This document shows positions 14,659 to 28,056 of a stretch of DNA of 64,000 bases, piece by piece. A program made the position numbers and the translations under genes. The DNA lies in the NCBI GenBank assembly GCA_965202585.1, contig OZ241831.1, forward strand, positions 17,174,001 through 17,238,000. The letters are read 5' to 3'. The first letter of the stretch is position 1; every line of letters begins with the position of its first letter. The notes beneath the pieces are model-generated. The model had not been told where the DNA came from. It searched no databases and saw only the letters and a program-made list of their open reading frames with translations. The DNA comes from Thalia democratica. Taxonomy: Eukaryota.

Positions 14659-15074
14659 GGGTGCACGACTATTCGAATTCGGACAATTCAAATTCCGACA
14701 ACTCAAATTCTTAATAAAAAATTAAAAACGGCTAAGAATAATAACGTAATGTATATTTGTCTAAAATTAAAAATGCATATATAAACCATATTAATATCTA
14801 CAGGCCATTTTTTTTGCAAAAAATTAAATATTTTTTGAGATATAGCTTTATTAAAGTAAAAAAAAATAGTTATTTTTAATAATTTTAAAATAATTTGAAA
14901 AATATTTTAGATTTTTCAAAAAAGATAAAAGTGGCTTGTAGATATTAATAAGATCTACATATGTATTGTTTTTTTCAAATTTATATTACTTTTGAGATAT
15001 AGTCTTTTTAATATTTTTTTAAGAATTTGAATTGTCGGAATTTGAGTTGTCCGAATTTGAATTGTTATGTAACC
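14659..15074. mobile_element. Fold-back MITE, Mutator-like (9-bp TSD)
   Basis: Near-complete palindrome (GAATTCGGACAATTCAAATTCCGACAACTCAAATTC mirrored at the right end), GG..CC termini, exact flanking direct repeat ACATACTAC at 14650-14658 and 15075-15083. Confidence 0.85.
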
Positions 15075-18000
15075 ACATACTACCCATTCCTAACGGTTAT
15101 ATCGTTTTTCACAACTATCCTAAAGAGCTGTAGAACTACAGTAAAACTTAACTGATAAGTGAATAAATTGTAGACATAGATTTGTCTTCTTTTATTAAAG
15201 TAGTATCAAACACATTATTTCGTTAGAATCTATGATGTAAAAGATATAAAGGCTCAAACAAAAATCTACAAAGTAATTTATTAAAATTAATAATTTCAGT
15301 TGTCTTTAAAAGTTACATTGAAAATGCGTTATAACTTTTTCAAAATGAGCTTTATTTAAAGCACAATAAAGTAAGGTAGGAGATATGTAAGGTCAAAATT
15401 ATGTAATTAAAGGAATAAATTAAAACAAACAAAATAAATAAAAATAAACACCTACGACATAAAACACAATTCCATTATATTGTGGAAAAAGTTGTAAAAT
15501 TGTATTTTTTTTATTAATCTTTTTTTTCTAATGCTTTTCAAACTTTTTTCAAGTTATACGTAATTCATGTGCTTTTTACTTTTCCAAATTTCGTGTATAT
15601 TTTTTTCTCTTAAGCTTGTAAAGGTTACTTTTAACACTTACAATTTAATTTGTATCAATTATCACAAGTACACAAAACTGTTATTATTAACATACATTTT
15701 TTAAAACTAACTAATTACTAATTTAATCTAAACACCATTTAGCAACAAAGTTTTTATAAAAATATTTTCGCACCTATTTAAAATAAGGAACATTCTATAA
15801 CAAAGCTTATTTAAACTTCAGGTTCAAAAAATTATTTTGTTTAAGTAAAAAAGGTACTATCTCATTAATTAATAAATCTGCTTTATTTTTTAACCAATAA
15901 AAAGCTCTTTTTAAATTATTATTCTTTTAATCACATAAGAATTCTTTGTCAACTATTTTATTTTCAAAATATTATTAATTTATAAATTTCTAAAAAAAGT
16001 TCACTTTTATAGCTTCTAATACTTATCAGACAAAAAAATCACAAACTTTTAAAATTTACATAATGATATTCTAAGATATTAATAAATTTTTGTTTTCTTG
16101 TATACTTTAAAATTAAAATTAAAAAAAAAACAAGTTAATTCTGAAGAAAACTCCTACAATATGTATTAGATTTTTAAACTTTACGGTTGATTAAAAAAAA
16201 AATTCAACAAACTACTTATAACTTTTTTTTTACTACTTTTTTTATAAGTTTTAGTAGAGCCAAAACCAGCTTTGTAGTACTAAAATCTTATAATAAATTT
16301 TATTTCTTTTTAACTAGTCTATAAGACTAGTGAGTGGTGATATACAAATAATTACTTAAATAAAACATTTATCGCTTATTATGAAATAAAAATCAATGTG
16401 TTCTGATTAAAAAGTTTTTGTTTACATTAAAAAAATCTAAAAAAAATTCATAAGTATTTTATTAATGTCATCCAAAAAAAAAATTGTTACGTTTCTAATA
16501 TAGTATAAGTCTTAAAACTTACTTAATGTAATCTAATCTTAGTTGTATACAACCCTTCCAGGACATAATACAAGTAATTAGTTTAGTGTTTTCTTATTAA
16601 CTAATCTTAATAAATTGAGTCAACTAAAATATTTTGTGGTTGGTAGTTATCTTTTATTTCAGTTAAAACTTACAAGGTTCGTACGCAAAGTTTTTAAAAT
16701 TTAGACTGACATTTTACCTATCCTTTGTTGGTTGGCTTCCAGTTAGGCTTGCAACCAGATGAAACGACATAACCTATTAGATTAGTTATAACTGCATAAA
16801 CTTTTTAGCACAATTTTTATACTTTTCATTTTAAAATATTTACATAATTTGATATGCAAATTAGATCATAATTAGTTTTCGGAACTTAAACTGTTATTTG
16901 AGTGCTACAGACATATTTAATGCTTCATTTTCAGAAAGCTCCCTTTCCTTAAACTTTTTAAACTTTAACTAAAGCGTAACTCACTATATGATATCGCCCT
17001 TATATAACTAATGAATTCAAGAATTTCTTGCAAAGAAGTCAGTATATTTATCTGAAAAGTACACATCTGGCAAGGAAGTTAGAATATCTACTCAAAACAA
17101 AATAAAACTAAAATTTCATTTAGAAATTCAGAAACTTTCAAACATTTGTACTGAAAAGTGCTAACATTTTGCCAACATTGCATTAATTTTAGTAAAATTA
17201 ATATTAACATTTACAAATTATTATTCAAAAAAAAAATTCACAAGTTATAATTAATTTATTATAATTTTTTTTAATTTGTTAAAAAAATATTCGCAAATTT
17301 TAAAGTATTTGAACTGCCAAATACTAAACTGACCTTTTGTCTTTAAAAATAGCTGATTTAGCCTGACGGGTACGAACCCTGTCTTGATAATAAAAATATT
17401 AAATCAAAAAGTTTTACTAAATTTAAACTATTACTACTTGTGTACTTTAAAATAACTTAGATTTTTTAGTAAGAGCAATTTTAAAAACTGTAGCACAGTA
17501 AAAAAATGGAGACTACAAATAATAAATATAGTTCAGTTATGTTCAAAACTAATTTATTAGTAAGATTTGGTTTTGACAAATAAACAAATAATCTTTATTG
17601 TAAACTTGATTTTGAGAAACTTTCAACTTGATATCATACCTATGATCAATAAATATCAAACAGGAGTAGTGAGTGACCCAAGCACAAAGATAAGTTTGCA
17701 TTTTGCTTCAAAAATTGTGTTCAGAATGATTTTTTTTTGAAGTAAAAAAATTAATAACTATTCAATAAAAAAAAACGGTTTCACTGCTACAATGTGCAAT
17801 TAAGACTTTTATATATAATTATACTTTTTTTTTTGATAGTTTTGTTTCAAGTACTATGTGAGCTTTTAGTATCAGTAGCAGTGATCTATTATATCCAGCC
17901 GGATCTCAATTTAAGAAAACAACTTTTTAAATTTTGTAAAAGCTTAAGATATGATAGTAAACTAGTTTTTAAATTTTAATGAAAATTTGTTGACGAAAAA

Positions 18001-18984
18001 ACCTATAATAAAACAATTTTACATTTATTTTGAAATTTTTATATATAACAACAAATATTTTCAATATGTTTAACGAGTTTATTGACAGGACACATAAATT
18101 ACTATGATTTACCTCTTTAAACTATCTTTAATAAGAACAAAACTAGTTTACAGATTTTTTAGTTTTATTTGTTGAGTTAACTAATAATATTAGAAGTTTA
18201 TATTGGCTAAACGGCTAATGACATTAAGTTTAGCAGTAATGCGTTTTTAATTCTAACATTGTTTCTATTAAGCTTTTTGTTGGAAAGAATAGTTTTTTAG
18301 AAATTTTATCGACTTGTTAAAAGATTTTTTTAATAAAAACTGTTTTTAGTTTAGCCACGTAAAAATAGAATTGTTACAACTTTTGTAACATTTGTTTAAT
18401 ACAAGTTTTCATCTTTAAATATATAGTCGCAAGCCGGATTTCACCTGCATATCGTATGATGTGTACCCTTAATTTATTACAAGTTGATTGAAGTGAAAAT
18501 TAATAAACCATAACTTGTTTATCTTACTTCACTTAAGTATAAAACGGAACATAATCACAGGTTAGTAACGGGCATCATACGGCTAATTGGCTGGAACTAG
18601 ACCGCCAAGCGAAAGCTTTGCGATATACGTAATTTTCATCTTGAGAACAAACTTATGCAAAGCAACTAACATCGAGCTTTCAATAAAGAAATGTGCTGCT
18701 AATGAGATCTTACGTACGTGATAGTATTTAAAAATTGATTATATCAATACAGTACAACTTTGCTTTGAAAATTTTATTAATATTTCCGACCCGCAAGAGG
18801 CTTTTCTGGTAAATTATACTGGTAAGTATCCTAAAATTTATTATAGGACTTATTATGATTAAATTAAACTAAAACTTAGCTTTTAAGTTTTTCAAAATCT
18901 AAATTTACTGGATTTTATTTTGAAAAAATATCTAGATCCAGATCCGGCCGAATCTTAACTTGAAAAAAAATCCGGATTCGGTAG

Positions 18985-19360
18985 GAGACGGATCAAATAT
19001 GTACGAAGAATTTTTTGCACGAGGGGTCATTTTGCACGAAGACAATTGTGCACGAAGGGTTATTTTTGCGCGAGAATAAAAAAAAAGTATAAAAAGAAAA
19101 GTATTTACCAACCATGGGTAAGGGGTAACATTGATAGTAAAAAAAAAAAATTAATATATAATATGTATATTAATCAAAAAAATTATAAAAATATAATAAA
19201 TGAAACATAAAGAAAACTAAGTTTCCGACCATGGGTTAAGGGTAACAGTAATAGTTAAAAAAAGGAAAAAAATTAAAAAAAAGAGAATTTAAACTCCTAT
19301 AAAAAAAGGAAAAAAAAAGTTACCGACCAAAGGTAAGGAAGGGGTAATTATGGTGATAGA
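18985..19360. mobile_element. Truncated copy of the Mutator-like MITE with TTTTGCACGAAG subrepeats
   Basis: Left terminus GGATCAAATATGTACGAAG, tandem ~20-bp subrepeats and three internal CCGACCAAGGGTAAGGG-like units, as in 36453-37100. Right terminus absent. Confidence 0.7.
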
Positions 19361-21499
19361 AAAATTAATGAAAAAAAAAATCTATTTAAAATTCAAAGTT
19401 AATCGTTTGCTGATAGAAATCCTAGTGAATTAAATTCACTGGAATATATAATAGCAAACTTAAACAGTACTCTTTCTTTATTAAACTAGCGCATTTTTCT
19501 GTAAACGGAGCTCTGTAAAAAAATAAACACTTTAAGGAAAAAATAGAATTTAAAGTAGGTTATGTGTTATTAAAAATATGAATAATTACTATAGATTAAT
19601 AATAGCTACAATAGTTAAACTCGACTATTATAAAACTATATAGTATTTGTAATTATTAAACCTTACTTATGATAAAGTATTTTTTTAATTAAAGTGCCTG
19701 ACTGTTTTTTCTAGACATAAAGAATAAATTATTTATCTTACAATGCAAGGTAAATAAACTTCTTTAATGTTAATGTATTAGAACATAACATTGTAACGAA
19801 ACTTATAAATATTTTTAATTGAACTCTTAATTACCATTTAATCTTATGAATTAGTATTTCTTTAATTTTCATTGAGTGGTTATTATTTTGACTTGTTATT
19901 TTATTTTGCATTTTACTTTACCTTATAATAACTTAGACTTAATAGTTACAAATAATATAGTTTTATAACAGTCGGATTTAACATTATATATTGTATCTAT
20001 TATTAACTATTAACCTGTAGTAACTATTCTCATTTTTAATAATACATATATGCACCTACTTTATCTTCTATCCTTTCCTTACAGTATTTTTTTATTACAG
20101 AGCTTCGTATTACAGAAACATGTGTCAGTTTAGTAAAGAAGGAATACCGTTTAAGTTTGTTATCAAAAAATAATAATAATTTTTTCAACCCGTGCAAATT
20201 GTCTTCCTGGATATTTGACACCTATTCCACTAACTAGAAGTAAAGATAATATGATAAAAAAAATAAAACGAAAATAAGTAATTGAAAAATGAGTAAAAAA
20301 AACTGACGCGAGTTTAAAAAACACTATAAACCGAAGAGATTGTGGTTTATTACATTTAATAACAGGGTTCTGTCGAATTTCCACTTTTGGACTGCGTTTA
20401 GACTACTGAAATTAAAATCAAAATTTCAGTATACATATTATATCAAAAAGTTAAATCTAAAGTCAAACCATTTTATTTCAAATTGTAACAAAACTGATAA
20501 AAGCTAAATATATTAAACTACTTAAAAAATAGTTCTTGCACCTTAGTCTATTTAGTAAATTATTTTTAAATATTATAACTCATTATTTTGTGTTTTAATT
20601 TTCAACATTTTACTAAAACTAAGAAATATACAAGAAAAAAAACTTTGAAAACATTAAAAGATAAACAACAATTTTTTTTTTGGAAATATTGAACTTAAAA
20701 TTAATTTGTTTTTCTGTGTACTGTAAACTAGTTCATATAAGTATTACCGTAATTCTTAAAATCTGGTTTAGATATAGCTTTGTGTACATATTGAATATCT
20801 TATTCAAAATTTTTAATTACTACTTATTAGCAAATTTATAATTTCCAACTCAAGAAACAAACTTGTTTAAGTTTAATTTAAAAGAAATATCTAGTAAATA
20901 AGTAACATTTATTTAAGATTGCGGTATTTTAAACATAAGCACTTTTAAACAAACATAAATGGACATAATATAAACAAAAATTTTATTCAAAGTTGTTTAA
21001 CAATAGAGCAGCTTTATTTTGAAAGACTACAGAAAAATTGTTATTTTCTGAACTTTATTAAATTTTATAAAAATAAGAAAAACATTAAAAAATTTTTCTT
21101 ACCTTTTTGAAAAAATAATGTAATGGTAATTCAAAAAATCAACAGTTATCTTTAGATAAAAATATTAAAGTAAAATTGATATACATAGTAAACTAATCAC
21201 TTATACTAACAAAATAATTATTCAAACATTTTCATAGTTACATCATTTAAAAACTAACACGATTGTTTTAAAGTTTTTGCAATGGACAAGTTCCTTCAAA
21301 ACAAAACAGATTATGTTTTTCACATTTTATCTGTCTTAAATTATTTTAAAAGCATATACAGACAATAAATGCAAAATATTTAACAAAAACACATCAACAA
21401 ACTAAACTTTTCTTTTCAATTAAAGGCTTCAACATCAACAAATGTCAACTTTCCAATTCCTTATTTTTATAGAAGAAACCATTAACATTCAGTGTAGTG

Positions 21500-24013
21500 T
21501 TAGCTCTCATCATCAACTGGGTTTCTGTGCTTGTTGAATTCGTTCACCCACTGGTTCATGGCCTTCTGAAATTCTCTGACGTGCATTGGTTTATCAGTCA
21601 TGCCCACTAACGACAGTATTTCGAGGAACTCGTCGTCTGACGCTTCAAAGAAGAGCTGCAGCTTGTTTGCTCCCGCCTGTCAGTTTCGTTCGTTAAAACT
21701 TAGAACTTTGAAATTTTTTTACTAATCGTTATGCTATTTAATAACAAATTGTTAAATTTAAAGTGTAATAATATAATCATTACCCCTTAAACAACTTATT
21801 TTTTTAGTACTTCCGAAAATAAAAAACTACTACTGTATTATTGGGACTTGTAGTGGGCTGGGCACAATAACTTCAGTTAAATAAATATTAGCTTTTTATT
21901 TTCTATTTTATTAAAAGTTATTTTTCTGGAACTTAAAGTTAAAACAAAATATATGTTTCTAAATTTTTAAACGACATTGTTTTTATTCCTATTCATTAAA
22001 TACTTTAGAGTACTTGTGGGTCTAGTCATATTTTTAAGAGAAAAAAGTATCAGGTTAAAGGTTAGTGTACAATACAAAATGCTTATTAATAGTTATAAAT
22101 ATCTATTTAAAACTTTTATTTGATAATAGAATTATAGTTAATTTAGTTTATAATGTTTGTACGTTATGACCACTATTGGGTTGTATTTTTTGTATACACT
22201 TATGAAAAAAAAAATTTAAATACACTGTTCCTAAAATTTTTATTTTCAAAAGAAAAGTTTAGACAGACTTTGCTACATATTATAAGAAAAGTTTCCTAAA
22301 AAATTGTGGTCTCTATGTAAATGAAAAAGTTTAAAAAAAATTAACATATTTTTAACTATTCAACATTTAAAGTTAATTGTTTGCTAATAAAGATCCTAGC
22401 AAAACAAGTTTACTGGAATATAGAATGACAACAAACTTCAACAGTACTTTTTCTTTATTATTCTAAAATATGTTTCATATATTAATAACATATGATATAT
22501 GTGTTAGTTTAACAAAGAAGAAGTACTGTTTAAATTTGTTATTATTAAATATAGTTTTAGTGATTTTTCAAAGACTAGTCAAACAAAAAAATGTGTTTGT
22601 AGGTTTATCTCGTTAGTTAATTAAAATAAGTATATTTTATAAAAAATTGACTCATAGGTAATACTTCAAGCTTTTATAAATAAGCCAGTGTTAATTTTCA
22701 AAACAAAATTTTTAGACCTCCTATGCTCTTAGCTATAAGTAAGCTAAGCTGTAATTTTTATATCTATATTAACTTATTACAAAATTGTTTATAAAGTTTT
22801 TTAATGACTTTTTATAATTTTGGATGACTGAAATAAATTCTAAAACATATTCTAAAATAAGCATTGTTAACCAGTAGTTATTATGGCCATCATCAACATA
22901 GTTGAGATGTTTTGCACCATCAATAATAATTCATGAACTTTACCACAAGATCAACTACAACAGCATCCGAGAAAACCTATGACCGGTTTTGTCATAACTA
23001 GGACTCATCAGGCAGGCATAGTTGCAAGAAACCGCTGTTGTGATCTACCCAAGCTGGCATAAGTAGGAAGTACTGAAGCGACCGTTTGTGGGTAAAGTTG
23101 ATAAAGTTGAGTCAGTTTTGAATAGTCAAAATAGATTAATATAATTTTTGTGCACAGTTAGGTCATTTTAAATATTAATAAATATAATTTGTGTATTGAA
23201 AACTATACTAAAACAGTTAAGTATTAAAGACCATTTTTTTACTATAACTAGTACAAAGTAAGGCTATATTTGTATTGTACAACTGATAATGATAAAAATA
23301 ATAGTCATATAAATATACTATTTTAACCCTTAAACTTTAATTTAATGAACTTCTATTTAATGAACTGAACAAAATATAATTCAACTAAATGTGCTTGAGG
23401 AAAAAACTTGATCTCAGTTTTTATATAATTTATATGTTATCTGTATTTTCTTACAGTTGCTGCATAAAAATTTAACTAGAAAAGAAAGATACAATGCATA
23501 AGTATGGAAAATTGGTATAAAGTAATTACATATAGGTAGCTTCTTTTCACAAGAAACTACTTATCTTTTAAATAATAACAACTAAGCTATGCTTCATAAC
23601 AAGTTCTCCCAAACTCATTTTTATAATTGCCCTTATTTTTTAATTAAAAAATGATCACTTCCATTTATTACAACCCCAAATTATATAGATTAAGTATCAA
23701 ATCTTTAGTAAATTGTATCTTAGGCCTTTATTTTTTACTTTCCATTACCAACCCTAGAATTTCTAGTGTAAGTTAGTTGTTTCTGCTTTACAAGCTATTG
23801 CCCTTTACTAGATGTTGCTGAATTACTGAAATTGTTCAAAAAGGAGCAATATTGTCCCATTTGAGAAACCCTGCTTCAAAAGACTTAAAATAAATTTTAT
23901 ACCAAAAAAACCTCTTTGAATTTCTGAAAGTACTCAATTAATCCAGCATTTTTCAAGATCACTTGCAAGTGGGATTCTTGAATAATAGTGTCCTGGACTC
24001 CACTTTCACTCAT
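21500..24013 (-). CDS. NAB-family NCD1-domain-only small protein (92 aa, 2 coding exons)
   Basis: Exon 24013-23912 MSESGVQDTIIQESHLQVILKNAGLIEYFQKFKE joins in phase 0 to exon 21676-21500 AGANKLQLFFEASDDEFLEILSLVGMTDKPMHVREFQKAMNQWVNEFNKHRNPVDDES*. It aligns without gaps to NAB1 NCD1 as recalled ([62 protein letters not shown]). Confidence 0.85.
22875..23110 (-). repeat. Dispersed repeat (probable PLE pseudo-LTR or retrozyme-like) containing a hammerhead ribozyme motif
   Basis: Clear similarity to 43590-43710 and 53870-54960 (shared TCAACA.AGTTGAGATGTT, GACCGGTTTTGTC, GGCGACCGTTTGTGG blocks). Confidence 0.75.
22975..23018 (-). ncRNA. Type I hammerhead ribozyme motif, decayed copy
   Basis: Minus strand reads GCCTGC-CTGATGA-GTCC-TAGTTA-TGAC-AAAA-C-CG-GTC-ATAGG. 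The CUGAUGA core is intact. GAAA>AAAA and GTCG>GTCA are CpG-type changes. Other copies supply the ancestral GGAC (54.9 kb) and GAAACCGGTCGTAGGT (43643-43658). Confidence 0.7.
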
Positions 24014-24677
24014 ATCTTTTTTATAAAATTTTCTAGTAGTTATGTAAATATGTTATTTTTTAATATTACACAACATAGATAAAAACTACAAAACACAAAC
24101 ATAATAACTTAAATGTTTTTGAAAAAATAATTCTATAACACTTAAATAAAGATATTTGTGAAAATTAAAACGAAAAACTGCAGTAAAATTTTAATGAAAA
24201 AACTGTCAACATTAAAGAGTAAGTCCTACTTGTGCTAACCAATGTGAAACTTTGAGTTTTTTGTATAAAAGCTGTGTTTTAAAACAGTTGATAGCAACAG
24301 CCATTATTTGTTGCAAACAAGCGAGCTTAAGTGACAGGGTTGCCACTTTTTGAACAAAAAAAGCTGTACTGAGTCATCCTGAGATATTTTCAAAAAAAAA
24401 TCATATTATTAACAAAAATATCTAATATCTAAAATAAAAAAGCATAGTTTTGAATGAAACAAACTGATTTAAAAGATTAAAAAATAGCAAGAGATTTCAA
24501 AAAGTATCAACTAGCCAGTGTTTTTCAAACTACTTGACTTGAAAAAAGTTCAAAATAGCCTGAGTTAGCCATGTAATATTGTCTGCTAGACAGAAATACC
24601 AAGCCTAACAAGCTTAGAGTTGCCACTTTTTGAATAAAAAAAAATTGTCCGGAGTCATCCTGACTTTTATCAAATCC

Positions 24678-25080
24678 TGTTATGGTTAACTTTAGGTGAG
24701 CACAAATATCAAGCTGAAAATATTGTACATTCAATGTCTTTTTAACCATAATTTAGGTTTAAAAATAAACGATACTTTGTTTTAAACAGGCTATATAAAT
24801 ACATAGAGAACTAAATTAATATATTATAAACTAAAATATTTAATCAATTTCATTTTACAACATCATATCCAATATAAGTTATTGTATTGATATAATCACT
24901 TTTATATTGTAAATTAAAATCAATTAAGTATATAAGTTAATTAGTTATGATATACAATTTTAATTTTATTCATGTATTTATGAAAGATAAATTTTTAGCC
25001 TAAAATTATGATTAAATAAGACATCAAATGTATAATATTTTCAGCTTGATATTGGTGCTCACCTATAGTTTACCATAACC
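24678..25080. mobile_element. MITE with GGTTATGGTTAACTTTAGGTGAGCAC termini and apparent 8-bp TSD
   Basis: ~60-bp inverted termini; flanks TCAAATCC / TCAAATTC. Related ends at ~26170-26205 and ~28384-28777. Confidence 0.7.
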
Positions 25081-28056
25081 TCAAATTCTTTTACAAGGTT
25101 TTTTAACTTCTTAATATTTATAAAAATTGAATCCTCAAAAAGTTGGTTATATAAAACAAAATTTTTCTACTAAGTTTGATTTAAAATCTATAAAAAAAAA
25201 CATCCAGAGATTGAAAATAAAAAACCTGAATTAATTATAAAATAACAAAACTATGCTGATTTAGTCTGAGTTATAAAAAAAATTATCTGAGTTATTCTGA
25301 GTGTGTTACAACCCTGCAAACTGTTCTGTATAGAGGGTTGCCATTGACTTTTGGGAAATTTTCTCAATGTTTTTAAAATTTCCACCAGGTCTTTAAAAGT
25401 ACTTGTTTTTGGGTCTATTTTTAGTTTAAGGTCATTTGTTCTTTTGTTATAAAGTTCATATATTTAAATTTTTTTAGTTTTTGTTCCGACAGAATTTTCT
25501 AAATATTGCAAGGAACATTTCCTGATAATTTGAGGTAGTTATCTCAAAAAACGTAGGAGATAGATTTTTAGTGAAATAGTCTATTTTTGCCATTTTAGTT
25601 TGCGCCTCCCATAAGGAACCTATAGTCGCCTCTTACCAGCTATATCTCAAGTAATAACACATATCTCTAAGTAATAAATATTTTTTTTGAAATTAAGGTA
25701 CAAAGTTAGAGTTGATATGCTTATAAACAGTAATTTTAAATATATATAGTTTTTAAATGATTTATTAGCAAACAGCAATTTTTTTCCTATGTCAAAATGT
25801 AATAGTTTTATTTAACTTTGTTTAATAAATAAAGTCCTTGATATTACTGTAGTGTTGTACATATAACTAAATACTAGCTTATTAATTTTAAGTAAGTTAT
25901 TGTATTTACTAAGTTAATAAGTTAAACTGAATTAATTTTTATAATTTATTCACATCAATATGTAACCTACATAAAACATAATACAAAAATAGTTTAAAAG
26001 TCGCATTGTTGAAATGACACTGTTGTATACAGTTGAAGAGTCACCTAAAATTACATTCAGTACTCAGTAGTATAAGTACATAAGCAGGGCTTTGCTTATG
26101 TACTTATTTTCAAATAAAACAGAAAATTATTTAAAATAAAGCTGAAAAATTCCTGTATATTGAATTACACTTCATATTAGTGCCCACCTAAAGTTAATCA
26201 TAACCAAAATTTATTTTGAATTTTTTTAAACTGTATCTATAAAGTATCTTGTAGCTCAGTAAAAACTATACAAAATAAGATCAAATTGTGAAAAAGTGTT
26301 TCACCTCCCTATGCCACTAAACTTAAGTTTAAGGTAAAAAACTGTGTTAAATAGTGTAAAAAAATTGAAAAGATACTGTAAAGCTAATTCAAATGTGTTT
26401 AAAAATAAAAAGATTTTGATGATAATAAAATATTTTTATCTATTAAATTTGATAGATTTTTTATGTCAAATCTAAAATTTTCTACATTTAATATTTATAT
26501 GCACGATTTGGGGCACACAATATTCAACACTATTTTTAGGAAATTTTTCCAATTTTTTATTGATATTCAATATATATTTACTACCAGGTCCAAATTTCTT
26601 CAATATTGTTTTTAAAAGTAATGAGTAATGACATCGGTAAGGTACGCACCCGCGTTAAAAACGCACTAAAAAAAATTTTTTTTCTAAAATTAAATATTTA
26701 TAAACTTTTTACAGGTGTTATAAGAGACGAAGACAAGCTTTTTAAAGCAAAGATAGAAAACGGTAACTACCAGTGACATTTCAACTACGTTTGACATTTT
26801 TGCTGTATCTAAACTTTGTCGTCATATAAATAGAAATTAGTATTTTTATGAAAAATGTACTTGACTAAAACCAAAAAAATAATTAGTTTTAAATTAAGTT
26901 TAGTTAAACCAAAATTAAAATAAACTTGTACAAGAACTGTTTTAAATACGAAATTAATTATACTTACCAGTAGATAAAAGTAATATGCAACTATGTCAAA
27001 AATTTCAACTCTAACATTTATCAAATTTAAATAAAATATAATAACACTTAACGTCATGCCCATGTATTTTTTTAATATTCATCGTTTGCTACTTTTAATC
27101 TGATTTTTCAAATAAAAACATACAAAACAGATTGTGAAGTATAGTTTGTAAGCTTGTTAGATTTATTCAAATATAAGTTAAGAAAATATTGGTTTTAGAA
27201 CTTCGTTTCACGCCAGGTCCGTTGACTATAGTTTACGGTTTCAACTTCTTTTTAAATATTCTGTAAATATAAGTTTTTACTATTAAGTGTATTTTGTTTG
27301 TGTCTATAGTTTTATAGCTGTTTAAGTCGAACCCCCAAATAATTTATTTCTCACGACAAATAACAGTAAGCTCTTTTTAACAATTTTCAAGGAATATAAA
27401 ATTTTTATTAATGAAAGTTCCTTAAAGATTGTCAAGCAGACATATAAAAACGACATAAATTTACTTATTTACAACATCAAACTACTTTATAATAACATTC
27501 TACAACAAAAAGAGCAGTGAGCAGAGTACTATAAAACGAGACGTATTATAACTCCACTCCACCCTTCTTTAGTATAACTGTTTTGATAAGTGTAGGCAAG
27601 TAGTTCTTAAAGGTGGTAATTACATTTCTAAAACAATGCGCAGACAAAACAAACATCACATAGCTGTATTGTAAGTTAATAATTATAAATTTTAATTGGT
27701 TTGAAAAGTTAATACTGTCTGTAGTTAGTCAGGTGTGGTACAAACTCCGAAGATTAAAAAATATTTGATATATCAACTTTTTTGTGAGCTATTGTTATAC
27801 GATGCACCATAAATATAAGATGTTCTTAATAAAATCACTATAACTAATTGAAAATAATTAAAATTTCGATAAATTTACTAGACTACTAAGTAGCAATCCA
27901 CTTGAAAATTAGACTCAATTTTGGGTAATCACCTAATAAAAAACGTTTTGGTTTAACTTTATATATCTTTTGCAATCTAAGGCACTTAAAAAATGACTGC
28001 TATGTTTAATTTTAATTATAAATTGAATGCAGTTAAAAAGCCTAAGCTTTAAAATT

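Noticed and set aside
23560-23620. MSLGELVMK as the NAB N-terminus (resembles TLGELQL)
   Set aside because: The frame stops after 16 codons; exon 24013-23912 aligns far better.
25950-26045. LQLY / LLNYF peptides as NCD1 N-terminal exon
   Set aside because: The motifs fall in different frames with wrong spacing.
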